From positions 224 through 64,223 of the forward strand of contig JANRLG010000160.1 of the NCBI GenBank assembly GCA_033762835.1: a stretch of DNA of 64,000 nucleotides. Direction: 5' to 3'. Numbering within the stretch: the stretch's first letter is position 1; each line of letters opens with the position of its first letter. Made by a program: the position numbers and the translations under genes. The notes beneath the pieces were generated by a model. That model did not search any database. It saw only the letters and a program-made list of their open reading frames with translations, and was not told where the DNA came from. Of the stretch, positions 17,945 through 26,767 are shown one piece after another. The DNA is from Thermoanaerobaculia bacterium (GTDB lineage Bacteria > Acidobacteriota > Thermoanaerobaculia > Multivoradales > DATKCC01).

Positions 17945-18712
17945 ATGTCCAGAGTCGCGCTCGGCCTTGCCGGCACCGTCCTCACTCTCTACGGCCTCGC
18001 CTGCGGTCTGCTCTTCGTCTTCCAGCGCTCGCTGATCTACCTGCCGCCGCAGGGGGCGCCCGCGGTGGGGGAAGGGCTCACTCGCCTCGGAACGCCCGCC
18101 GGGGACGAGTTGCAGGTGACGGTCCGGCGGGTGCCGGGGCCGAAGGCGTTGCTCTACTTCGGCGGCAACGGCGAGGACGTGTCGTGGAACCTGCCGGAGC
18201 TGACCCGAGCGTTTCCCGATCACGCGCTGTTTCTCCTGCATTACCGGGGTTACAACGGTACGCCGGGTTCACCCTCGGAAGCGGCGCTTCACGCCGACGC
18301 CGCGGCATTGTTCGACCTCGTGCGGGCAGACCACCCGGAGATCGCGGTGATCGGCCGCAGCCTCGGCAGCGGGGTCGCCGTGCGGCTCGCGGTCGAGCGC
18401 CCCGTGACACGCCTGGTGCTGGTGACTCCCTATGACAGCTTGGTCAAGCTCGGCGCCGAGCAGTTCCCGTTCTTCCCGGTGTCCTGGCTGATGCGCGACC
18501 GGTTCGAGTCCGACCGTTACGCGCCGCGGGTGACCGCGCCGACGCTGCTGATCGTGGCCGAGCGCGACGAGGTGATCCCTCGCGCCAGCTCCGACCGGCT
18601 CTTCGCGCGCTTCGCCCCCGGCGTTGCGCGGCGGGTCGTTCTGCCCGGCGTGGGGCACAACTCGATTTCGGCGCGTGGCGAGTACTGGGAGGCGCTGCGG
18701 GGGGGCGTGTGA
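17945..18712 (+). CDS. alpha/beta hydrolase
   Basis: A GRSLG nucleophile elbow and a C-terminal PGVGHN motif. 255 aa. Confidence 0.75.
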   Translation: MSRVALGLAGTVLTLYGLACGLLFVFQRSLIYLPPQGAPAVGEGLTRLGTPAGDELQVTVRRVPGPKALLYFGGNGEDVSWNLPELTRAFPDHALFLLHYRGYNGTPGSPSEAALHADAAALFDLVRADHPEIAVIGRSLGSGVAVRLAVERPVTRLVLVTPYDSLVKLGAEQFPFFPVSWLMRDRFESDRYAPRVTAPTLLIVAERDEVIPRASSDRLFARFAPGVARRVVLPGVGHNSISARGEYWEALRGGV

Positions 18713-18717
18713 GGTTG

Positions 18718-19140
18718 TCAGAGGCCGCGAAACGGGTTCTCGATCTCGAGGCTGCCGATCTTCTGGCCGTCTTGGAGATCCTCGGTGAGCAGCCGAGGGC
18801 AGCCCGCGGTAAGCGCGGCTTGGACGACGAGGGCGTCCCACAGCGAAAGCTGCGTCTTTTGGGCGAGTTGGATGCTCTCGAGAATGAAGGGGCCATCGAT
18901 CGGTACGATCTGCATCGCCATCAGGTCGCGAACGGTGTCGAACGCGACACTGGGCGCCAAGGGCTGCGCCAGTTTGCGGGTGACACTGACATAGAACTCC
19001 TGGAGCACCTGGGTGCTGAGGACGAAACGCGCGCGGGTCCGCGAGTCGAGCAGCGTCCGAGCGCGGGCCTGTTTGGCCGGCTCGTCGCTATCGAAGTAGT
19101 AGACCAGGACGTTGGTGTCGATGAAGAGCTTATCGTTCAT
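18718..19140 (-). CDS. vapC: type II toxin VapC (PIN domain)
   Basis: The N-terminus is MNDKLFIDTNVLVYY. There are PIN acidic residues and an 11-nt overlap with the upstream small antitoxin gene. Confidence 0.85.
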   Translation of the reverse strand: MNDKLFIDTNVLVYYFDSDEPAKQARARTLLDSRTRARFVLSTQVLQEFYVSVTRKLAQPLAPSVAFDTVRDLMAMQIVPIDGPFILESIQLAQKTQLSLWDALVVQAALTAGCPRLLTEDLQDGQKIGSLEIENPFRGL

Positions 19141-19360
19141 GAAGTTCGTCTCGAGTCCAGCGGCGCCCTCCGCTGCCAGCGCGGATTTGTTCGGCCCGAC
19201 TGCGGATTCGGTCCAGCGCCTCTTCCTGAGCCGACTGTGTGTGGGCGAAGATCTCCAGGTGCTTTCTCAGCAGGGCATTTACCGAGGTCCCTTGCTCCAG
19301 TGCCTTCAACCGCGCCCGGCGCAGGGTCTCATCGGGGATCGCTAGAGTGAGGTTGGCCAT
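19130..19360 (-). CDS. vapB: VapB-family antitoxin
   Basis: A 76-aa protein, MANLTLAIPDETLRRARLKALEQGTSVNALL, which is ribbon-helix-helix-like. It overlaps the vapC start. Confidence 0.7.
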   Translation of the reverse strand: MANLTLAIPDETLRRARLKALEQGTSVNALLRKHLEIFAHTQSAQEEALDRIRSRAEQIRAGSGGRRWTRDELHER

Positions 19361-19377
19361 CGCTTCGTCTCCGAGAG

Positions 19378-19410
19378 TCCGTGTAACACGGGGTCAGTGT
19401 AACACGGGGA
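19378..19410. promoter_or_regulatory. tandem inverted-repeat operator candidate (CGTGTaACACG x2) upstream of vapB
   Basis: The sequence is ccGTGTAACACGGGGtcaGTGTAACACGGGG. There are two copies 16 nt apart, each with 5-bp arms, lying 18-50 nt upstream of the vapB start codon. Confidence 0.4.
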
Positions 19411-19479
19411 TGTAAGGACCAGCCTCCCGCTCGTGACGATCCGCACAAGCTGGTAAGATGCCCGGCGCGGAGGAATCCA

Positions 19480-20019
19480 ATGGCCTTGAATGTACTGCCC
19501 GCGGAAGAGACGAGCCGCAAGGCCGAGTCGGTGGCGACCGGTGAAAGCTGGCTCACGACAACGTTCGACAAACTCGAAGATTGGGCGCAACGCCATTCTT
19601 TTTGGCCGTTTCCGTTCGGCACCGCGTGCTGCGCGATCGAGTTCATGGCGACGGTATCGTCCCATTACGACATGGCCCGCTTCGGCTCCGAGGTGGTGCG
19701 CTTCTCGCCCCGCCAGAGTGACGTCCTGATCGTCGCCGGCACGGTGAACGACAAGATGGGCCCCGTCCTCAAAAAAATTTACGACCAGATGGCCGACCCC
19801 AAGTGGGTCATCTCCATGGGCGCCTGTGCCTGCTCCGGCGGCTTCTACCGGGCGTACCACGTCATGCAGGGCATCGACGAGATCATCCCGGTGGACGTCT
19901 ACGTCCCCGGTTGCCCGCCGAACCCGGAGGGCCTGATCTACGGCATCCTCCAGCTCAAGGAAAAAGTCGTGCGGGACCGTGCGCGCCTGGCGAAAGCCAA
20001 GAAGGCGGGTGGCGCGTGA
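19480..20019 (+). CDS. nuoB: NADH-quinone oxidoreductase subunit B
   Basis: The FeS-ligand motifs [11 protein letters not shown] and GACACSGG, and CPP at the C-terminus. Confidence 0.95.
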   Translation: MALNVLPAEETSRKAESVATGESWLTTTFDKLEDWAQRHSFWPFPFGTACCAIEFMATVSSHYDMARFGSEVVRFSPRQSDVLIVAGTVNDKMGPVLKKIYDQMADPKWVISMGACACSGGFYRAYHVMQGIDEIIPVDVYVPGCPPNPEGLIYGILQLKEKVVRDRARLAKAKKAGGA

Positions 20020-21707
20020 GCACCACCGTAACCGAGCGCTCGCCGCTCCTCGACAAGTACCCGGCGGGCAGCATCCTCGTCCAGGAAGGGGCCGACCAGG
20101 AGACCTGGGTGGTTTCCCGGGACGTGCTCGCGGACCTCGCCCGCGACCTGCGTAACCACAAGGACACCCAGTTCGACTTGATGCTCGACCTCTGCGGGGT
20201 CGACTTTCCGGACCGGGAAGAGCGCTTCGAGGCCGTCTACCACCTCTATTCGATTCCGCGGAACGCCCGGCTGCGCCTCAAGGTGCCGCTGCCCGAGGCC
20301 GATCCGACGCTGCCGTCGTTGATCCCTGTTTGGCGCGGTGTCGACTGGTTCGAGCGCGAGGCCTACGATATGTTCGGCTTCCGCTTCGACGGTCACCCGA
20401 ACCTGCGGCGCATCCTGTGCCACGAGGCCTTTCAGGGCCACCCGCTGCGCAAGGACTACGACGCGACGAAGCGCTGGATCCTGACCGAGAAGGACATCTA
20501 CAAGCCGAAGCTCGAAGTGCCGAACTCCGTGGACGAGATGTTCGAGCGCATGACGATCAACATCGGCCCGTCCCACCCCGCAATGCACGGAACTTTCCGG
20601 CTGATCGCGGAGCTCGACGGCGAGACGATCGTGGCCTCGGACATCGAGATCGGGTACCTCCACCGCTGCTTCGAGAAGATGTGCGAGACGCACAACTGGC
20701 AGCAGGTGATCCCGTACACCGACCGGCTCAACTACTGCTCTTCGTTCATCAACAACGTCGCCTACTGCCGCACCGTCGAGAAGATGCTCGGCATCGAGGC
20801 GCCGCCGCGGGCGGTGTGGATTCGCACCATCCTGTCCGAGTTCTCCCGCATCATGGACCACTGCGTGTGCAACGGCACCACGCTGGTCGATGCCGGTGCG
20901 CTGACCAACTTCTGGTACTTCTTCCAGGTCCGCGAAGAGGTCTACGGCCTCATCGAGTCCTGCGCCGGGGCGCGGCTGACGGTGTCCTACGGTCGCATCG
21001 GCGGTCTCGCCGCGGACGTGCCGCCGGACTTCGAGGCGCGCTGCAGGAAGTTGCTCGAGATGATTCCGCGCACCCTGGCGGACGTCCAGAAGCTGATCGA
21101 CAAGAACACCATCTGGCACAAGCGCGCCATCGGCGTCGCCACCATCAGCGGGGAAGAGGCGGTCAACTGGGGCTGGAGCGGTCCGTGCCTGCGCGCCTCG
21201 GGCGTCGGCCTCGACGTCCGCAAGACCAATCCCTACGACCTCTACGACACGGTCGACTGGGAAGTCCCGGTGCTCCACGGCGGCGACATCTACGACCGCT
21301 TCCGCATCCGCATGATGGAGATCGACCAGTCCCTGGCGATCATCCGCCAGCTGCTCGACCGCGGCATCCCGGAAGGCCCGTTCATCGTCAACGATCCTCA
21401 CGTGGCCCTGCCGCCGAAGGACCAGTGCTACAACCAGATGGAGTCCATGATCTACCACTTCAAGCTGATCATGGACGGCATCCAGGTGCCGGCCGGTGAG
21501 CGCTACGACATGGTCGAAGGCGCCAACGGCGAGGTCGGTTTCTACATTCTCTCGGACGGCTCGGCGAAGCCCTACCGCATCAAGGTGCGGCCGCCGTGTT
21601 TCCCGCTCATGTCCACCTTCCCTCGGCTGATCCAAGGCGGCAGCATGTCCGACTCGATCATCACGCTCGGGGGCTTGAACGTCATCGCCGGAGAGCTCGA
21701 ACGATGA
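20016..21707 (+). CDS. nuoCD: NADH-quinone oxidoreductase fused subunit C/D
   Basis: A GTG start overlaps the nuoB stop as GTGA. The N-terminal half resembles NuoC. The C-terminal half has the NuoD/49-kDa motifs [15 protein letters not shown] and [15 protein letters not shown]. 563 aa. Confidence 0.9.
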   Translation: MSTTVTERSPLLDKYPAGSILVQEGADQETWVVSRDVLADLARDLRNHKDTQFDLMLDLCGVDFPDREERFEAVYHLYSIPRNARLRLKVPLPEADPTLPSLIPVWRGVDWFEREAYDMFGFRFDGHPNLRRILCHEAFQGHPLRKDYDATKRWILTEKDIYKPKLEVPNSVDEMFERMTINIGPSHPAMHGTFRLIAELDGETIVASDIEIGYLHRCFEKMCETHNWQQVIPYTDRLNYCSSFINNVAYCRTVEKMLGIEAPPRAVWIRTILSEFSRIMDHCVCNGTTLVDAGALTNFWYFFQVREEVYGLIESCAGARLTVSYGRIGGLAADVPPDFEARCRKLLEMIPRTLADVQKLIDKNTIWHKRAIGVATISGEEAVNWGWSGPCLRASGVGLDVRKTNPYDLYDTVDWEVPVLHGGDIYDRFRIRMMEIDQSLAIIRQLLDRGIPEGPFIVNDPHVALPPKDQCYNQMESMIYHFKLIMDGIQVPAGERYDMVEGANGEVGFYILSDGSAKPYRIKVRPPCFPLMSTFPRLIQGGSMSDSIITLGGLNVIAGELER

Positions 21708-22372
21708 GCGTCGAATACAACCCGGCCCCGGTCGTCGGGCTCGAATACACCTCGCCGCACCCGAAGACGGTGGAGCCGTACCGGCCGACCCTCGGGGAGC
21801 GGATGTACCTGCCACTGATCTCGGGCCTGTTCGTCACCATCCGGCACTTCTTCAAGAACCTGGTGGGCCGCGGGCCGAATCTGACGATCAGCTACCCGGA
21901 AGAGCGGCGGGCCTACTCCCACCGCTACCGCGGCCACCACATCCTGACCACCCGGCCGGACGGCTCGGTGCGCTGCGTGGCCTGCTTCCTGTGCGCCACG
22001 AACTGCCCGGCCGAGTGCATCCACATCGAAGCCGGCGAGCACCCGGACGAGAACATCGAGAAGTACCCCCTGGTCTACGAGATCGACATGCTGCGCTGCG
22101 TCTTCTGCGGCTACTGCGTCGACGCCTGCCCGGAAGAAGCCATCATCATGTCGAACAACTCCGACATGGCCTACTTCGACCGCAACCAGACGATCGTGGG
22201 CAAGGAAGACCTCATGCGCCCCTTCACCGTCGACGAGAACCGCCTCGGTTACCGCCCGAGCTACCCCGAAGAAGACGCCCAACGCGCCAAACAGCGCCGG
22301 GAAGCCTTCAACCTCGTGGATGCCGCGAGAATCGCCCGCGGCGAAGCCCCCGTGGGCAGCTCGACGCACTGA
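21704..22372 (+). CDS. nuoI: NADH-quinone oxidoreductase subunit I (2x[4Fe-4S])
   Basis: An ATG overlaps the nuoCD stop as ATGA. The ferredoxin motifs CVACFLCATNCP and CVFCGYCVDACP are present. Confidence 0.9.
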   Translation: MSVEYNPAPVVGLEYTSPHPKTVEPYRPTLGERMYLPLISGLFVTIRHFFKNLVGRGPNLTISYPEERRAYSHRYRGHHILTTRPDGSVRCVACFLCATNCPAECIHIEAGEHPDENIEKYPLVYEIDMLRCVFCGYCVDACPEEAIIMSNNSDMAYFDRNQTIVGKEDLMRPFTVDENRLGYRPSYPEEDAQRAKQRREAFNLVDAARIARGEAPVGSSTH

Positions 22373-22404
22373 TTGACCTCGCCCGGCGTGAAGCCGGACG
22401 TTGA

Positions 22405-22452
22405 GACTCCGGTTCTTACCGGAGGGAAGGCCCCGGGGCGACCTGGGGCCTT
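22405..22452 (+). terminator. putative terminator hairpins downstream of nuoI
   Basis: CTCCGG-ttctta-CCGGAG and AAGGCCCC-(10 nt)-GGGGCCTT stems start 33 nt after the nuoI stop. The T-tract is weak, which is common in high-GC genomes. Confidence 0.35.
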
Positions 22453-22512
22453 CGTGTTGAGGGCGGGGCGTATAATGGCCGTTGCCCAAGCGGCGAAGGA
22501 GGTCGAGCGAGC

Positions 22513-22743
22513 ATGTTGATGGCGGCCGTCAAAGCACAGATTTTGAACGACTTGGACCAGCTCTCTCCGACCCTGCAAACGAGAGCCGCCGAGTTGGTCC
22601 GCTCGCTCGTTCCGTCTCTTCCGAAGGGCGCGTCGATCGAGGATCTCGATCAGGTTGCAGGCATCTTGGACGACGAAGCTGCGCGCGAGATGATGGCGGC
22701 GATCGAGGAGGGTTGCGAGCGGGTGGACCGCTATGAATGGTAG
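22513..22743 (+). CDS. antitoxin (VapB/Phd-like) of the second PIN pair
   Basis: A 76-aa acidic helical protein that overlaps the downstream PIN gene by 11 nt. A TATAAT -10 box lies at ~22466. Confidence 0.55.
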   Translation: MLMAAVKAQILNDLDQLSPTLQTRAAELVRSLVPSLPKGASIEDLDQVAGILDDEAAREMMAAIEEGCERVDRYEW

Positions 22744-23122
22744 GTACCTACTCGACAACAACATCGCCATTCGAGTGCTCAACCAGCAAGTCGATCTCCG
22801 CAGCCGCCGGACGGCTGACCTCGAAGTCTTCCTCTCCGTGACGGTTGTCGGAGAACTGCTCTTCGGAGCCGAGAAGTCTCAAAATTCGGAAGCCAATCGA
22901 AGCCGGGTCCATCGCTTGGTGGAAGTCTGCCCCGTGGTGCCTCTGGATCTGGAAACCGCGGCCCGATACGGTCTGGTCAAAGCCCTGCTGCGAAGCAAGG
23001 GCCGGCCGATTCCCGAGAACGACATCTGGATCGCCGCCTGCGCCCTTCGGCACGGCTTGATCCTCGCAACTGGTGACCGCCATTTCGAGCACGTGGACGG
23101 CCTGCGGCTCGACTCCTGGTAA
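22733..23122 (+). CDS. vapC: type II toxin VapC (PIN domain)
   Basis: The N-terminus is MNGRYLLDNNIAIRVL. There are the conserved PIN Asp/Glu residues and a C-terminal GDRHF. Confidence 0.85.
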   Translation: MNGRYLLDNNIAIRVLNQQVDLRSRRTADLEVFLSVTVVGELLFGAEKSQNSEANRSRVHRLVEVCPVVPLDLETAARYGLVKALLRSKGRPIPENDIWIAACALRHGLILATGDRHFEHVDGLRLDSW

Positions 23123-23156
23123 GAACACCAGCGCCGCCCCGCGGAGTGTGAACGCG

Positions 23157-23756
23157 TCAGCCGGCAGGCTGCGCGTAGACGATCTTGCCTTCCGCGATGG
23201 AAAGGTAGCCGGTCGCGACGATCGCCTTCAAGATCTGTGCGGCCTCCGCTTCGTCGCTTCCTAGTTGCAGGTGCATCTTGATCGCGTTGCTCAGGGCCTT
23301 CTCCGTCTTGGGCCTTGGAGTCTTGGGCAGTTTGAGCTTTGCGAGAAAGGCCTCCGCTCGCTCCCCGGGGTGCTTCAGGGAACTGGTCTTGAGGATCGGA
23401 ATCTCTTGGATGGACGGCCAGCGCCCGGCTAGCACCTTCTGACTCTTCAAGTGCTGGATCAGGGGATCGAACCCCTTGTCGCAGGACACGATGTGGAAGA
23501 ACGCACTTGGGTCTTCTGCTGCCACCCGGCCGATGTAGTAGGCGATGTGAAAGTCCAGGGCGTTGGGGCCGACACCTGCGATCTTGATGTACTGCGCTCT
23601 TGCACCGAGCTTCTGCAAGGAGGCAGCGATGTCGAACGGGATCTTGGTTTGGCTGGCGCCGCAGAAGAGAAAGACTTCAAAGTGGTCGGGATGGAGGGCT
23701 TCCAAGGTGTCCGGCTGGACACTCTCGAAGTCGATGAGAACGACGTTCCTGCGCAT
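23157..23756 (-). CDS. PIN/NYN-like domain protein
   Basis: The N-terminus MRRNVVLIDFESVQP and the internal FHIVSCDKGFD resemble NYN/PIN-like nuclease folds. The small ORF upstream suggests a pair. Confidence 0.45.
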   Translation of the reverse strand: MRRNVVLIDFESVQPDTLEALHPDHFEVFLFCGASQTKIPFDIAASLQKLGARAQYIKIAGVGPNALDFHIAYYIGRVAAEDPSAFFHIVSCDKGFDPLIQHLKSQKVLAGRWPSIQEIPILKTSSLKHPGERAEAFLAKLKLPKTPRPKTEKALSNAIKMHLQLGSDEAEAAQILKAIVATGYLSIAEGKIVYAQPAG

Positions 23757-23802
23757 GCTCTCGCGATTCCTGCTTCGGGTAACCGAGGATTGAAGGGCGA
23801 GA

Positions 23803-24037
23803 ATGGTAGCAGGCGTGCAAGGAAAGTGCGCGCTGAGATGGTGGATTTCCGCGTCACCGCTGCTTCGCCGGTTCCGGCGCCGCCGCCATCGGCTTCAAGA
23901 GCGCCGCGAAGCGGTTGATCTCCTGAATCCAGAGCAGCTTCTCCTCGAGCGACAACCTCGCGCCCTCGGCAAGCATGGCTTCTTCCGCGGCCTCGAAGGT
24001 CGCTTGGGTCCAGGGGTCGACGGGGGCCGGTTTCACG
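23803..24037. repeat. ~235-bp direct repeat, copy 1 (contains the small ORF 23854..24036)
   Basis: Near-identical to 26165..26398. The copies begin ATGGTAGCAGG(C/T)G(T/C)GCAA and end ...GGTTTCACG. Confidence 0.7.
23854..24036 (-). CDS. small hypothetical protein (60 aa), antitoxin-like
   Basis: The sequence is MKPAPVDPWTQATFEAAEEAMLAEGARLSLEEKLLWIQEINRF. It is a paralog of 26393..26590. It lies inside repeat copy 1, immediately upstream of the NYN/PIN-like gene. Confidence 0.4.
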   Translation of the reverse strand: MKPAPVDPWTQATFEAAEEAMLAEGARLSLEEKLLWIQEINRFAALLKPMAAAPEPAKQR

Positions 24038-24059
24038 AGGGTTATCGTAACATCCGGTT

Positions 24060-24575
24060 GTGGAGATCGAGAGCATCAAGGCCATCGCCCGCGAGCTTCA
24101 TGAAGCTGGGGTGCGGTTCCTGGTCGTGGGCGGGCTCGCGGTCGTGGCTCACGGCTACGTGCGCGGCACCAAGGACCTGGATTTGGTCTTCGATCTCGCA
24201 CCAGAGAACCTCGAACGGGCTGTTGCCGCCCTGGCGCGGCTCGGTTTCCAGCCCCTGGTGCCGGTTCCGTTTGCCGACTATGCGAAGGCCGAGGAGCGGC
24301 GGCGTTGGGTGGAAGAGAAGGGTGCAGTGGTCTTTCAGGTCTTCAGTGACCGTCACCCGAGCGTGCGGATCGACCTGTTCTTGAGCGAGCCGTTCGCCTT
24401 CACCGAGGTGTACGGTCGGGCCGTTTGGCAGGCGGTCGCCGAGATTCCGGTTCCCTTCGTTCCGCTCGACGAGTTGCTTGCGATGAAGGAGAAGGCCGGT
24501 CGGCCTCAGGACTTAGCCGACATTCATCGCCTCGGCATCGAAGCGGCTCGCCGTGCGCGGGACGCCGAGGGCTGA
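24060..24575 (+). CDS. nucleotidyltransferase-fold protein (minimal NTase-like)
   Basis: The sequence VRFLVVGGLAVVAHGYVRGTKDLDLVFD resembles the GG...(R/K)xTxDhD motif of minimal nucleotidyltransferases. Confidence 0.45.
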   Translation: MEIESIKAIARELHEAGVRFLVVGGLAVVAHGYVRGTKDLDLVFDLAPENLERAVAALARLGFQPLVPVPFADYAKAEERRRWVEEKGAVVFQVFSDRHPSVRIDLFLSEPFAFTEVYGRAVWQAVAEIPVPFVPLDELLAMKEKAGRPQDLADIHRLGIEAARRARDAEG

Positions 24576-24632
24576 AGGCTTCGAGGCGACCTGAGCACCT
24601 GGACTGCCTGCGGCTCGAATCGGTGAATAGGG

Positions 24633-25448
24633 TTAGCCAGCTATTCTCCCCTTCACCCACAAGACCTTGTCGTTGCTTCCAGGGGCGAGCCGTTCGTCTG
24701 TAACGAACAGCTCCGGATGGGCGCGCACCAAGTCGGAGAGCTTTTTGTAGCCGTGAATGCGAGAGTCGAAATCGGGTTGAATCTTCTGCAGGTAGCTGCC
24801 AAAGGTGCCAAGGTGCGACCAGCCCGATTCATTGGCTGACTTCTCGAGCGCTTCGACCAGGAACTCGCGCGGGAACGGTGGCTTGATCATCGCAGGAGTG
24901 GGCTCTGGGTCGCGCTGCCCGGTTTGGTCGCTGGACCGAGCAGCTTCCTGTGTCGTGGCGCCAACTGTCGGTGCCTGGGCACGCAGAACCTCGGTGAAAA
25001 CGAACCGGTGACAGGCGTTACGGAAGGCTTCCGGTGTCTTCTGCTCGCCAAAGCCGAAGACCAGTAGTCCCTCTTCACGGAGGCGCACGGCAAGGCCAGT
25101 GAAGTCGCTGTCACTGGTGACCAGGCAATATCCGTCGAATCGACGCGTGTGAAGGAGGTCCATCGCGTCGATGATCATTGCGCTGTCGGTGGCATTTTTC
25201 CCCGTGGTGTAAGCAAACTGCTGAACCGGCTTGATCGAGTGACGGTTGAGAAATTTCTTCCAGCTCGAGTTCGAGGGCGAAGTGAAGTCGCCGTAAACTC
25301 TGCGCACAGTGGCTTCACCGAACCGGGCAACTTCCGCCAGCAGAGCCTCCAGGACAGCCGGTTGTGCGTTGTCGGCGTCGATGAGAAGGGCCAGTCGCTT
25401 CGTGGGTTCGTCGGTTGCAGATGGGGAAGAAGATGCCGGGTGGTTCAT
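24633..25448 (-). CDS. NYN domain protein with C-terminal OST-HTH/LOTUS-like domain
   Basis: It has LALLIDADNAQPAVLEAL..VRRVYGDF...DSAMIIDAMDL...YCLVTSDSDF, the NYN/LabA-like motifs. The C-terminus FPREFLVEALEKSANESGWSHLGTFGSYLQK is OST-HTH-like. Confidence 0.7.
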   Translation of the reverse strand: MNHPASSSPSATDEPTKRLALLIDADNAQPAVLEALLAEVARFGEATVRRVYGDFTSPSNSSWKKFLNRHSIKPVQQFAYTTGKNATDSAMIIDAMDLLHTRRFDGYCLVTSDSDFTGLAVRLREEGLLVFGFGEQKTPEAFRNACHRFVFTEVLRAQAPTVGATTQEAARSSDQTGQRDPEPTPAMIKPPFPREFLVEALEKSANESGWSHLGTFGSYLQKIQPDFDSRIHGYKKLSDLVRAHPELFVTDERLAPGSNDKVLWVKGRIAG

Positions 25449-26047
25449 AGGATTTCTCGAAGCTTCTGAGAGGTAATAGTGAGCGAGACATCGAGGCCGA
25501 GTACCTCGCCGTCCTCTCGCGAGACAGTGAGAATCTGGAAGCCGACCTTCTTCACCAAAGGAGCTTCTCGCCAGCGCTTCGCGAGTGCGGCGAACTTTGG
25601 AGAGTACGGCACCGCCACCGCGAGAAGATCCTGACTGTGGATGTTCTCCGTTGTGAGCAACTGGCCGAGTGCCTCGCGCAGCAGCGGATACTCCGGCGAG
25701 CTTTTGCTGGCCTGTAGTGGTCCCTTCTTCACTTCGACGCGGAGAGTCCGGCCGTTCGTAAGCGTTGCGACGACATCGCCTCGGCCGTGCGCCGAGTTAA
25801 TCTCCAGAAGGCCTCCATTTAGTGAGTGCTTGTAGGTGCCGCGCCAATCGATAGCTTGCTGGATGAGTTCGAAATTTACTGCTGAGAGAAAGGTCCTGAT
25901 GTCGAAGTGCACTTCGTTCAGCGTCTTGACCTGCGCGCCGTCGATCGCGACCTGGACCCTGTCCGTGTGCCTGTTTTCAAGGAGATAGAGGGCAAGTCGA
26001 AGGCTCGTCTCAGCCTCGGGCATTCTTTCTGGTTTGGAGGAACGCAT
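25445..26047 (-). CDS. hypothetical protein (200 aa)
   Basis: The most likely start is ATG 26047, with a GGGAGA Shine-Dalgarno motif. It lies downstream of the small-ORF paralog and repeat copy 2. No family was recognised. Confidence 0.45.
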   Translation of the reverse strand: MRSSKPERMPEAETSLRLALYLLENRHTDRVQVAIDGAQVKTLNEVHFDIRTFLSAVNFELIQQAIDWRGTYKHSLNGGLLEINSAHGRGDVVATLTNGRTLRVEVKKGPLQASKSSPEYPLLREALGQLLTTENIHSQDLLAVAVPYSPKFAALAKRWREAPLVKKVGFQILTVSREDGEVLGLDVSLTITSQKLREIL

Positions 26048-26164
26048 CGTTCTCCCTCTCTCCGATAGCAGGTCTTGCACCGAAGGTAGAGGAAAGCGCG
26101 GCGCTGAGCACCGAGCCTCGGCTGGTTTGGGCTGCCCGTCACAACCTCTCTCAAGGTCAGAGAG

Positions 26165-26398
26165 ATGGTAGCAGGTGCGCAAAGGAAGTGCGCGCTGAGA
26201 TGGTGGATTTCCGCGTCAGCGCTGCTTCGCCGGTTCCGGCCGCCGCCATCGGCTTCAAGAGCGCCGCGAAGCGGTTGATCTCCTGAATCCAGAGCAGATT
26301 CTCCTCGAGCGACAACCTCGCGCCCTCGGCAAGCATGGCTTCTTCCGCGGCCTCGAAGGTCGCTTGGGTCTAGGGGGCGGCGGCGTACGGTTTCACGG
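26165..26398. repeat. ~235-bp direct repeat, copy 2 (carries a pseudogenised copy of the small ORF)
   Basis: About 95% identical to 23803..24037. Where copy 1 has CAG, copy 2 has an in-frame TAG, and the start region has diverged. Confidence 0.7.
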
Positions 26399-26590
26399 TT
26401 TGGGAGGGACTGGGCTACAGCTGGGCTCTCGGTGATCCCTGTCACCCTGGAGGCTCCGGGCAATCCGCCCCAGTTCCTCGAGCCAGTCGAGCTTCTGACT
26501 CAGAGTCAGCCGGGCTCCCGCGAGCAGCGTGGCATCGGTAGCACCCTGCCAGGTGGCCCAGTACCAGGGGTCGGTGACGTCCGTCGGCAT
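26393..26590 (-). CDS. small hypothetical protein (65 aa), paralog of 23854..24036
   Basis: The sequence is MPTDVTDPWYWATWQGATDATLLAGARLTLSQKLDWLEELGRIARSLQ. Its 3' end abuts or overlaps repeat copy 2. Confidence 0.4.
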   Translation of the reverse strand: MPTDVTDPWYWATWQGATDATLLAGARLTLSQKLDWLEELGRIARSLQGDRDHREPSCSPVPPKP

Positions 26591-26767
26591 GGTGGCTACT
26601 GTAGCAGCGCCGCTGTGGTTCGCGGGAAGATCGCGGCTCCGCGGCGCTTCTAAGCACCCGGCAGGGAGAACTGAAAAGGCCCCGGGGCAGCCCGGGGCCT
26701 TAGTTCGTCCAGGCGGACACGTTGGTCCGCGTCTACGGCAGCGTTGGTGGGTCGAGCCCCTCTCCGG

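Noticed and set aside
16420-17985. ORF 16420..17937 extended N-terminus and the 16735..17985 (-) ORF
   Set aside because: The DUF1624-like protein starts at GTG 16813, overlapping the upstream stop. The 5' extension overlaps the beta-lactamase-fold gene out of frame. The minus-strand ORF is antisense junk.
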